Assembly: GCA_964010765.1 (NCBI GenBank)
Contig: CAXGMD010000001.1
Location: 57,823-121,822 of the forward strand
Direction: 5' to 3'
DNA: 64,000 nucleotides
Source of the DNA: an uncultured bacterium
GTDB lineage: Bacteria > SAR324 > NAC60-12
Both the position numbers and the translations under genes were made by a program. Shown piece after piece: positions 1 to 8,637 of this stretch (the first letter of the stretch is position 1; the number at the start of each line of letters is the position of its first letter). The notes below the pieces were generated by a model. It searched no databases and was not told the origin of the DNA. It worked only from the letters and a program-made list of their open reading frames with translations.

Positions 1-1
1 G

Positions 2-1069
2 GATAAGCATCTTCGTTCGGTCTTAGAAGAGGCTGCAGATAATATTCGTCGTTTTCACCAAAGACAAAAGCAGCAGAGTCAGATGGAATTTGAGCCAGAC
101 GGGACTCTGCTAGGTTGGAAGGTCACTCCTGTTGATGCCGCAGGTGTTTATGTGCCGGGTGGGAGAGCGGTCTATCCTTCAACACTGCTAATGAACGTTA
201 TCCCGGCTCAGGTTGCTGGAGTGCCCAGACTGGTCATGGTGTCTCCTCCAAATCGAGAAACGGGCTTTCCCCATCATTTGGTTTGTGGGGCAGCCGCCTT
301 GGTGGGCGTAGAGGAAATCTATGCAGTTGGCGGAGCACAATCTGTTGCTGCGCTTGCCTACGGTACAGAGTCCATCTCAAAAGTTGTCAAAATAACTGGA
401 CCTGGAAACGCATACGTTGCCGAGGCAAAAAGACAGGTATACGGTCTTGTAGGGATCGATTCGATTGCCGGCCCTAGCGAAATCATGGTGGTCTGTGACC
501 GAGAGGACATTCCAGTAGAATTCTTGGTGAGAGATCTACTCTCCCAAGCTGAACACGATCCAGATGCAGGTGCGGTACTGGTCACAACATCTCGAAGCCA
601 AGCAGAGGCAGTTGCAAAAAGATTGGAAGAATTGATCCCATCCTTACCCAGAAAGGAAATTCTCGAAGAATCATTCCGACAAAGATCCGGGATCATTGTG
701 GCTAAAAATCTAGAGGAGATCTTTGACGCTATCAACGAGATTGCTCCCGAACATTTAGAAGTGCTGACTCAAAACCCTATGGAGGATTTACATCGTATTC
801 GTAACGCAGGGGCAATTTTCTTGGGTCCTCACACTCCTGAACCTGTGGGTGATTATTTTGCTGGACCGAACCATACGCTTCCTACTTCCGGTGCTGCCCG
901 CTTTGCGTCGCCTCTTGGTGTCTCAGATTTTGTAAAAACGAGTTCAATCCTCTCTTATTCCAAGACAAAGCTCCAACAACAAGGTCCCTCTGTAATGCGA
1001 TTTGCTCAAGAAGAAGAGTTATTTGCACATGCAGAAGCTATCCGGGTTCGTTTGGAAAGTAGTTTTTGA
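2..1069 (+). CDS. hisD: Histidinol dehydrogenase (5'-partial, runs off window start)
   Basis: Motifs GVYVPGG, KITGPGNAYVAEAK, IDSIAGPSE, LSQAEHD, APEHLE, GDYFAGPNHTLPT; frame is open from position 2. Confidence 0.97.
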   Translation, partial: DKHLRSVLEEAADNIRRFHQRQKQQSQMEFEPDGTLLGWKVTPVDAAGVYVPGGRAVYPSTLLMNVIPAQVAGVPRLVMVSPPNRETGFPHHLVCGAAALVGVEEIYAVGGAQSVAALAYGTESISKVVKITGPGNAYVAEAKRQVYGLVGIDSIAGPSEIMVVCDREDIPVEFLVRDLLSQAEHDPDAGAVLVTTSRSQAEAVAKRLEELIPSLPRKEILEESFRQRSGIIVAKNLEEIFDAINEIAPEHLEVLTQNPMEDLHRIRNAGAIFLGPHTPEPVGDYFAGPNHTLPTSGAARFASPLGVSDFVKTSSILSYSKTKLQQQGPSVMRFAQEEELFAHAEAIRVRLESSF

Positions 1070-1315
1070 TGTGAATCCTTCCAGAATTTTTTCATCTCAA
1101 TCCAATCTGCTCTCTTTTCTCTTCTTCTCAGCCTCCTCTCTGCGTAGGTTATTCTGGATCATTTGATTTTCTTACTTAGAACGTATTATTTTAGTAAAAT
1201 TATTCTGTAATAATTGTAAAATACAGAAATTTATGTAAGGTCTATTATAACTTAAGAAAGTAGATAGTTTTTATTTAAGTCAAATATTATATAAGAATCT
1301 TACAAAAAAATTTAC

Positions 1316-2062
1316 GTGGAAAGAAAAAAATTATTACTGCTTGAAGAGAGTTCAGAGACAGCAAAAAAATTGATGCCTTCTCTGAATACCAAATTTGAAG
1401 TGACTTGGGTTAGTGGTGGACTTGATGCGATGTTGCTATTCGGGTATCAAAACTACCAAGTCTTGATTCTCGAGACAAATCTGCCTGATACTGATGGTTT
1501 GCAGGTGATTCGTACCATCCGAAAGTATGGATTTACGTTACCAATAATTATATTGAGCGAACGAGAAACTGCTCAGGACAGGATAGTTGGTCTGCAAGCT
1601 GGTGCTGATGACTACCTTACTAAACCGGTTTCTTTGCAAGAGTTGATGTTGCGGCTGGAAATTCTTATAAGGAGAATAGGACTCTCAGAAGAATCTGCAA
1701 AGGGTTGCGTGCTTAGAGAAATAAACTTTCCTTCATCAGAGTTGCGTGTTGGTGATGTGATAATTCATCGTACAAATCGAACAGTGAAGCGAGCCGGATC
1801 CTCCATTGAATTAAGGAAAAAAGAATTCGAACTTCTAGAATTGTTAATGGAGCATCCTAATGAGGTGATGAGTAAGCAACGAATTATGGACACACTTTGG
1901 GGACATGGACTGGATGCAAATGAATCGAGAGTCATTGACAATCACTTGTGCCGATTACGAGCGAAACTTGATAAAGGATATGAGAAGAAGTATATCAGCA
2001 CCAAGCGAGGAGCGGGCTATACGTTTGTAAATCAAGAAGATGAGAAAAGAGTTATTATGTAA
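1316..2062 (+). CDS. OmpR/PhoB-family response regulator with atypical receiver (Glu at phosphoacceptor position)
   Basis: Receiver (GADDYLTKP) plus winged helix (KKEFELLELLM, VIDNHLCRLRAKLD, TKRGAGY); GTG start. Confidence 0.9.
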   Translation: MERKKLLLLEESSETAKKLMPSLNTKFEVTWVSGGLDAMLLFGYQNYQVLILETNLPDTDGLQVIRTIRKYGFTLPIIILSERETAQDRIVGLQAGADDYLTKPVSLQELMLRLEILIRRIGLSEESAKGCVLREINFPSSELRVGDVIIHRTNRTVKRAGSSIELRKKEFELLELLMEHPNEVMSKQRIMDTLWGHGLDANESRVIDNHLCRLRAKLDKGYEKKYISTKRGAGYTFVNQEDEKRVIM

Positions 2063-2136
2063 AAAATTGATTAAATAAAAAATAAATTTTTAAAAATTTT
2101 TCTGAAATTTTGATTTCAAAAGTCCACTAAGATTAC

Positions 2137-3375
2137 TCAGAGTGTTCTTTGATATGTAACATTTCCACCATCCCAAAAATCATTGGCAAAGTTATCTAGA
2201 TTCCAAGTACTCGTAAACATCAAAGCACCTCCACCCACATAATCATTTCGGACTTCCCAACTAATTCGTAATTTGCCTTCGGGTCCTCTATCCTCTTCTT
2301 TCGAAAAATCATTTAAGTTGATGATCGATTTATCTACCTGACCCAAGTAAATTCCAGTTTCCCAAGCGGTTTCATTGCCCAGGAGTTGACGCATAGAACC
2401 AAACCATTGATAGGAATAAATAGTATTCTCTTCGCTTTCGTTTACTGCATTTAGCTGAAGTAAATGATGCCGAAACATGTCGTATCGTAAACCGGCATTC
2501 AAATACCAATCTTGAGCTAGAGGACCATCAGCTTGCAGTATTTGTTGCGACCAACTTGCCTCCTGATAGCGATGATCAGATGGATCAGGAGAAATAGTCA
2601 CTTCTCGATATTTTTCAGAACGAAATTTTTTCCATTGCCATCCGAGTGTCCAATCAGGATTCCACTGATGCTCAATAAGTAGTTGTTGCTGTGTCTCTTC
2701 ATGTGAGAAATTCAGGGCTAGGGTTGGATCCAGTAATTTCATGGGTAGTGATTCAGTCCATTTAAATCCAAATTCCCAATCATCCCCAAGCCAAGTGCCT
2801 TCAACTTGGTTTTCAATTGGATGGGGGTCTTGAGTTGATTGATCATAAAGATTTTTCTCGTTATAAAATAAGTTTTGTCGCAGTTGATGTAGTCTAAGGA
2901 AGCTCTCCTGACGGTCTCCAAGGGTGATGAAGGCCCCGTAGTCTGCATTTCGTTTGTCAAATTGAGGTTGCCCGGCAATTCCAAGTGTGACTTTAGAACT
3001 CGCCTGCCAGCCCACCTCGATTTCAAAATTTAGTGGTTTTCTCTCATAAAACTCTTCATGGTCCATTCTGACACTAGCGCTGAATCCTCGACTCAGTTGT
3101 TCAATTAATTTCAACTGGAATTTCAAAAAGAGTAGGTCCAGTCCAAGGCTACCCCCAGTCATACGCCAACCTTGTTCAGCTCGACGCCATTTTCGATCTT
3201 GTGCTGCACTAAATAAATATGACTGGATGTCGAGAAAATTTTCTCGATTTAAGTGAAAGGCATCTACATTTGTAGCTCCATCGAAAGCATGTAGATCTTT
3301 GGAAATGCCACTCAAGAAAATTAGGAGAAAAAAAGAGAGGAGAAGCTGGCTTGGATTGGTTCGTCGAATTTCCAT
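2137..3375 (-). CDS. Hypothetical exported protein, probable outer-membrane beta-barrel
   Basis: N-terminal signal-like hydrophobic segment; many amphipathic Trp/Tyr-rich strands. Confidence 0.6.
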   Translation of the reverse strand: MEIRRTNPSQLLLSFFLLIFLSGISKDLHAFDGATNVDAFHLNRENFLDIQSYLFSAAQDRKWRRAEQGWRMTGGSLGLDLLFLKFQLKLIEQLSRGFSASVRMDHEEFYERKPLNFEIEVGWQASSKVTLGIAGQPQFDKRNADYGAFITLGDRQESFLRLHQLRQNLFYNEKNLYDQSTQDPHPIENQVEGTWLGDDWEFGFKWTESLPMKLLDPTLALNFSHEETQQQLLIEHQWNPDWTLGWQWKKFRSEKYREVTISPDPSDHRYQEASWSQQILQADGPLAQDWYLNAGLRYDMFRHHLLQLNAVNESEENTIYSYQWFGSMRQLLGNETAWETGIYLGQVDKSIINLNDFSKEEDRGPEGKLRISWEVRNDYVGGGALMFTSTWNLDNFANDFWDGGNVTYQRTL

Positions 3376-3381
3376 GGGTAC

Positions 3382-3774
3382 CTAAACCAGATAGAGTGAT
3401 AGGGCTGCAAAAAATCCGATGGACCAGAACAGTGAACGTAGCAAGTCTTTGTTTGTTACATAGGCCCATCCGTAGAAAAAGCGAGCCACAACATGCAAGG
3501 CTGCCAATGAGTTTATCCATAAAAAATGACTTGGCTCGCCCCACAAATGGGCGACGATGACACCACATGCAAAAAACGGATAGGACTCAAAGGAATTGTC
3601 TTGAGCGGCATAGGCTCTCCTGCGGTATCCAGTCAGTGAAGCGCGAAATGTTCTGGGCTCACGATTCTCATGGCGACTGTAAACTCCATATTTTGCAACA
3701 CCGGTGAGGACAAAAGGCAAAATGCCCGCAATGATCAGAAAATAATAAGAATAATCCGTTGACGAGAAATCCAT
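3382..3774 (-). CDS. MAPEG family membrane protein
   Basis: NREPR...RRAYAAQDNSFESYPFF motif, four hydrophobic helices, LRSLFW near C-terminus; ATG at 3774 preferred over TTG at 3789. Confidence 0.85.
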   Translation of the reverse strand: MDFSSTDYSYYFLIIAGILPFVLTGVAKYGVYSRHENREPRTFRASLTGYRRRAYAAQDNSFESYPFFACGVIVAHLWGEPSHFLWINSLAALHVVARFFYGWAYVTNKDLLRSLFWSIGFFAALSLYLV

Positions 3775-3789
3775 TAGAATTACAAACAA

Positions 3790-4797
3790 TTGAATTGGTT
3801 AAAAAATGAAGAAAGTGGAGCAATACATGGAGCAGCTGTGGCCGATGCAGCAAGCCGCCCTCTTCACTGGATTTATGATCGTGAGAAGATGGAATCACTC
3901 TTAAAAAAAGTATTTCAGCCAGAGTTTTGGCCAACCAGTGAATCCCCATTCTACACACTTCCAACTGGTGCGCACAGCTCTTACTTTGATACCACAGTCG
4001 TGATGCTCAGAGCCCTTGGAGAGAACGGTGGTAATTTTAATCCTTCCATTTTCTTGAAAAAAGCCGAGGAACATTTTGGATTGAATTCCGCTTACGAAGA
4101 CTCATTTCAAGACTGAAAGAAGCGGTATGCTGACGCGAAAAGGGATGAAAAAACACCTGGACCAATTAATGGGCCTTGGCGGAATGGTTTGATGACCAAA
4201 ATGTTGGAGAATCACCGATTAACGGGTCAGATCCCTTTGGGACCTGAAGACGCCTCTGAGTTGGATGCCTTCTGCGCAGCATTCCCTGTTTTGTTGATTG
4301 AATCCAGCGAAGAATCTTTGGAAAAATCAAACTCAGCTTTGAAGCTGCTAGCTAATAGCGAAACCTGTAGCGACCATGCTTTGGTGACAGGAACACTGCT
4401 GAAATGGGCGATTGATGCTGAATCTGAGCCTGTCAACAAACTTTTGACTGATTATCCAAAGCTGTTTTCGCAAAAGGTGAAAGAGGAAATCGAATTGATC
4501 GTTGAGAATCTTGATGAAGACAATACAGATTTTGTTGAGCGAATTGGCAAAGCGTGTCCTTTTCCTGGGACCTTCCAAGGAGCAATGCACGCTGTTTTGA
4601 AAGGTGAATCTTTCATTGAATCCGTCAGGATGACTATCCGAGCGGGAGGATGTAATTGTTCAAGAGCTATTCAGGTTGGGGCAATCTGTGGTGCTTTGTC
4701 AGGGGAAGAGGCCATACCGCAAGATCGGATACAGCAGACCCATTCCTCCAGTGAGTTAAAACATCTTCTGAATGATTTGTTGGCCAGTAAAGATTGA
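3790..4797 (+). pseudogene. ADP-ribosylglycohydrolase superfamily, selenoprotein J/J1-crystallin-like, interrupted by in-frame TGA at 4114-4116 (pseudogene, sequence error or recoded)
   Basis: ORFs 3790-4116 and 4189-4797 share a frame and are separated by one TGA only; motifs GAAVADAASRPLHWIYD, GPWRN, CPFPGTFQGAMH, AGGCNCSR. Confidence 0.8.
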
Positions 4798-4799
4798 GG

Positions 4800-4877
4800 A
4801 TGATGCAAAAATTTGGTTCCTTACCCTTCTTGCTTTTAACGATACTGGTTTTGGTATCCTACATTTTGTTTCGATAG
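4800..4877 (+). CDS. Putative 25-aa single-pass membrane peptide (MMQKFGSLPFLLLTILVLVSYILFR)
   Basis: Starts 2 nt after the upstream stop, preceded by GAGG; hydrophobic core flanked by K and R. Confidence 0.3.
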   Translation: MMQKFGSLPFLLLTILVLVSYILFR

Positions 4878-5187
4878 GCAGATCATCCGCTTACTGGGTG
4901 TTGTTACAGCTTTTCAACACTTGGAGTCTCTATTTGATTCAGGTCGACAAGCTATTAATTGCTTCAAAAATTCAAAGTGATTCCAAAAAATTGGGGTGAA
5001 TTTAGTTGATTAATCAAAAATCATCTCTGTTATCCTTTGCTTGCAAAATCTAAGGAAGCAATTATTGTTTCAAAGGTTCCTGTCCGTCAGAGTTACGATA
5101 GTTCCGATAAGCACATCTCCCAGCTTGGAAAATCACCAAGTTTCTACTAAATTGCTCAGCATTCAGGAAGGTTACAAAATTTTTTAT

Positions 5188-5203
5188 TGGACTGATTTTA
5201 GCA
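5188..5203 (+). promoter_or_regulatory. Possible sigma54 promoter upstream of FliN-like gene
   Basis: TGGACTGATTTTAGCA, GG-N10-GC spacing, weak match otherwise. Confidence 0.3.
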
Positions 5204-5273
5204 TTCCAACGTAAACAAATTTTTTTGAACCATATCAATTAAAAAGTTCCTGAAAAACTGAATAAGGACTGTA

Positions 5274-6143
5274 ATGGCAGAAAACGATGATGATCTCAGC
5301 TTAGACGGTTTCGATACGGATGATGATAGTTTGAGCTTTGACGATATGGACTTAGACTCGGGAATGTCTGAGGTTTCAGAAATTGGTTTCGATGACGAGT
5401 CTACAGAAGCCAGCAGTGATTCAGATGAGTTTGAAAGTCTTGGTACGGATGATTCTGGCGATTCAGATGATGAGTTATTGGAAGCTCTGAGTGAGGATGC
5501 ACCTGTTGATGAGCCTGAAACGGTCAGTGCCGATGCAGAGATGCAGTTTGATGTTGATGGTTCGGCAGATGATCTTCAAGAAATGTCGATGGATACAGAA
5601 CCAGTTGGCGGAGGGGATGAGTCCGAATCAACTGCTGAGGTTGAAAATGACTCGGAAGAAGACCCATTTGCTGAACACTTGAATGAAGATGAGCCAAGTT
5701 TCTCCCCTGAAATTGAAGAGGATGATGAGGCCGACCCTTTCCTGACCAGTTCGGATCCAGTTGAATCAGAGTCTGAGGAGACTGTTGAATCTGAGTCAGA
5801 AGAAACTATTTTAGAAGAGGTACCACCGGTTGTCGCCGCAGCCGCGGGCATTGCCGCAGTTGGTATCGTCGCTGAAAACTCTGCGCAAGTAATTGGAGAA
5901 ATGTCTGTGGGAACAGAACTTTTGATGAATGTCCACCATGAGGCCACTGTTGAAATTGCACGAACACGGTTGACTGGTGAGGAAATTACCCAACTGACTC
6001 ACGGCAGCGTGATTGAACTAGATAAAGCAGCTGGAGAGCCGGTTGATATCGTACTTAATGGCAAACTGGTTGCGCACGGTGAGATTGTGGTGATTAATCG
6101 GGAGAAATTGGGAGTACGTGTAATTGGTATCCACCAAGGATAA
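5274..6143 (+). CDS. FliN/SpoA-domain protein with about 180-aa highly acidic disordered N-terminal extension
   Basis: C-terminal GSVIELDKAAGEPVDIVLNGKLVAHGEIVVINREKLGVRV is the FliN/SpoA signature; AAGGA RBS. Confidence 0.85.
   Translation: MAENDDDLSLDGFDTDDDSLSFDDMDLDSGMSEVSEIGFDDESTEASSDSDEFESLGTDDSGDSDDELLEALSEDAPVDEPETVSADAEMQFDVDGSADDLQEMSMDTEPVGGGDESESTAEVENDSEEDPFAEHLNEDEPSFSPEIEEDDEADPFLTSSDPVESESEETVESESEETILEEVPPVVAAAAGIAAVGIVAENSAQVIGEMSVGTELLMNVHHEATVEIARTRLTGEEITQLTHGSVIELDKAAGEPVDIVLNGKLVAHGEIVVINREKLGVRVIGIHQG
5760..5807 (+). repeat. Imperfect 24-nt in-frame tandem duplication (VESESEET x2)
   Basis: gttgaatcagagtctgaggagact / gttgaatctgagtcagaagaaact. Confidence 0.8.
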
Positions 6144-6151
6144 GGAGCTTT

Positions 6152-7120
6152 TTGATGTTGTACTCACCAGAAGAATTGCCAGAAGAGATAGAAGACTTTT
6201 CTCTCGCCGAAGCCGAAATCCACGTTGGTCGCTTTCGCTGGCTTGATGTCGTAATGCGTCGATGGGCAAACCAGTTAGAAAGTACCTTATTCGATCACCT
6301 CCACTCAGTTTTTGAAATTGAAGCTGAAACAGTCATCTGGACCAGATTTAGTGACGTACTCAAAATGCTGGGTGATCAACCCATGTACATTTTTGAGTCA
6401 GACCAAAAGGGTAAGGGGCTTCTAATTCTGGACAACGCGATTGCCCAAGCCTGTATCGATCGAGATCCGGATGCACTTGAAAACACAGTTCCCTTAGATG
6501 TGACTGAGTTAAACTCTGAGACGCAAAAGTCATTGTTTGATATCGTTTCTCAGATTGTTGCTGACTTGGAAGGCTGCTGGTTCAATATTGGTGAATTGCC
6601 ACTGCACCTAAAGCGGATCACGACCCACCCAATGCGCGCTAAGGTGATGCTTCCTTTCGAACGTTGCCTTCTGGGAACCCTTCGTTTCCGCTCGGAAGGA
6701 TTTGAGAGTTATCTGATCATCTGTATTCCCTATTCTGTTGTTCATCCACTGCTATCTAAACTAGATGATAGAAGAGTGCTGCCTCCAGAATCCATGGATC
6801 ATTTCCAGAAAGATGTTGAGGATCATTTTCAACAACTGCTAATGGATATGCGCTATGAGGTCAAAGCCGAGTTGGGTACAGTTGAATTAGGCGATAGGAG
6901 TGGGTTGTTGTTGAAAGTAGGACAGGTTCTCCCAATCTCTGTTCCATATTCAGGGAAAGCAGTTGTCAAAATCAATGACTTGCCAATGATGATTGGAGAA
7001 GCTGGTAATTCGAATGGTAAATTTAGTGTGCAGGTCACAGACGACTTTGATACTTTGAAACAGACTACACAGAGTACCCAGAAATCCTTCCAAAATCTGC
7101 ACTGGGGCAATAAAAGCTAG
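6152..7120 (+). CDS. Divergent FliM-like flagellar switch protein
   Basis: FliM middle-domain pattern (TRFSDVL, GKGLLILD, LIICIPYSVVHPL) plus C-terminal SpoA-like LKVGQVLPI...GKFSVQV; AAGGAG RBS. Confidence 0.75.
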   Translation: MMLYSPEELPEEIEDFSLAEAEIHVGRFRWLDVVMRRWANQLESTLFDHLHSVFEIEAETVIWTRFSDVLKMLGDQPMYIFESDQKGKGLLILDNAIAQACIDRDPDALENTVPLDVTELNSETQKSLFDIVSQIVADLEGCWFNIGELPLHLKRITTHPMRAKVMLPFERCLLGTLRFRSEGFESYLIICIPYSVVHPLLSKLDDRRVLPPESMDHFQKDVEDHFQQLLMDMRYEVKAELGTVELGDRSGLLLKVGQVLPISVPYSGKAVVKINDLPMMIGEAGNSNGKFSVQVTDDFDTLKQTTQSTQKSFQNLHWGNKS

Positions 7121-7129
7121 GCTCAATTC

Positions 7130-8494
7130 TCAGAGCCAGTCTCCTACCTGAAAAGCAATTGTTAAATAGATCCAAACACCAACCAAGTCGTTCATCGTCG
7201 TGATGAACGGCCCGATTGCTAGCGCAGGATCTATGTTTGCTCTCTTCAGCAGAATAGGAACTGCCGAACCTACCACAGCCGCAAAACAGAGAACAATTAG
7301 TAGTGAAACTGGAGTGGTCAGGGCCATCCCAGGATTCCAAGTCAATAAGAAGGTCATAAAACCAAGTACGATTGAACAGACAATTCCTAACAGAATTCCC
7401 ACTCGAAGTTCTCTCCAAACCCTCACGATCAAGTCTCCAGTACCTATTGCTCCCGTAGCTAAGCCGCGAACAACAATAGATGACGACTGAATCCCAATAT
7501 TCCCAGCCATGGCTGCAATAAGGGGCACAAAATACGTCACTTGGGGAATATCAATCAATGAATGTTCAAAACCTCTCATTACTAAAGCAGTTAGGCTGCC
7601 CCCTAGCATCCCAAGCATTAGCCAGGGTAAACGCTCACGAACAGTTTTAATCAGCGACACTTCTAAAACTTCCTCTCTCGCTGTCCCACTGATCTGTGCA
7701 ATATCTTCCTGATGCTCCTCATAGATCACATCCACTAGGTCATCAATTGTGATTCTGCCAATCAAACGGAGATATTTGTCAATCACAGGAACCACAACCA
7801 GGTCGTATTCCTTGGCAATGTGTACGACCTCTTCTTGATCCAAATCCACATCAACAGCGATCACATCAGGATTCATCATTTCGCTGATGAGCGTTTGCCT
7901 CTTGGCAAGCAATAGCTGTGTGACGGCGACTGTTCCAATCAAATGTTGAAATTCATCAACAACATAAACCGTATAGAATGGCTGCATCGAATTTTGCAGT
8001 TCAATATACTGACGGATGCTCCGAATGGCCTCGTCCACAGATTGCTCTTTTTGCACAGAAATCACATAGGGGTTCATTATCCCCCCGGCAGTATCCTGCG
8101 CGTATTGGAGAAGAGACGTGATTTCTTCTCTTTGGTGATCTGGCAGTAATTGAAGCACTTCGTCGGCTTGTTGGGCATCCATCAATCCAACAAAATCTGC
8201 CGCATCATCTTTTGGCATTTCGCCAACCCAGCCACCTAGTTGCTCCGGGGGTAACTCGGCAACGAGATCTGAAAGTGGAAGTGGGGTTGAACTCATTTCA
8301 GCTAAAACTTCTGATGCACGATCTTCGGGCAGTGTGGCGAGAATCTGAACTTGGTACTTAGTTTTTAACTGAAGCATTGCAGCGGCAATGTCAAAGGGGC
8401 TAAGATCCTTGAGCAGACTTTGCAAAAGGTCGTTTTTCTCACTTTGAATTAGGCTTTTAATTAATCGGTGATATTGCCCACGCTGTTTTGCCAA
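7130..8494 (-). CDS. mgtE: Magnesium transporter MgtE
   Basis: DTAGGIMNP CBS pair, GRITIDD, RLPWL, AMAGNIGIQS, DPALAIGPFITTMND. Confidence 0.95.
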   Translation of the reverse strand: MAKQRGQYHRLIKSLIQSEKNDLLQSLLKDLSPFDIAAAMLQLKTKYQVQILATLPEDRASEVLAEMSSTPLPLSDLVAELPPEQLGGWVGEMPKDDAADFVGLMDAQQADEVLQLLPDHQREEITSLLQYAQDTAGGIMNPYVISVQKEQSVDEAIRSIRQYIELQNSMQPFYTVYVVDEFQHLIGTVAVTQLLLAKRQTLISEMMNPDVIAVDVDLDQEEVVHIAKEYDLVVVPVIDKYLRLIGRITIDDLVDVIYEEHQEDIAQISGTAREEVLEVSLIKTVRERLPWLMLGMLGGSLTALVMRGFEHSLIDIPQVTYFVPLIAAMAGNIGIQSSSIVVRGLATGAIGTGDLIVRVWRELRVGILLGIVCSIVLGFMTFLLTWNPGMALTTPVSLLIVLCFAAVVGSAVPILLKRANIDPALAIGPFITTMNDLVGVWIYLTIAFQVGDWL

Positions 8495-8637
8495 GTTACC
8501 TCTTCAGGAACAACAAAGATTTCAATGAATCGTTGATGACCAAAGATCACCAACCTTCTTTGGTAGAATTTATTCTGCTTAGTTATCCGCCAAAACCATT
8601 CAATCTTCCAGAAACTATATAGAAAATAGAATTTTTC

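Noticed and set aside
4117..4170. Bacterial SECIS after the in-frame TGA
   Set aside because: Only a short imperfect stem is visible; not convincing without bSECISearch.
4772..4999. 75-aa ORF from the track
   Set aside because: Overlaps the upstream gene end, has no RBS or recognisable motif; the 25-aa ORF in another frame is more protein-like.
5071..5110. sigma28 promoter (TCCGATAA) upstream of fliN-like gene
   Set aside because: No TAAA-like -35 at the required 15-nt spacing.
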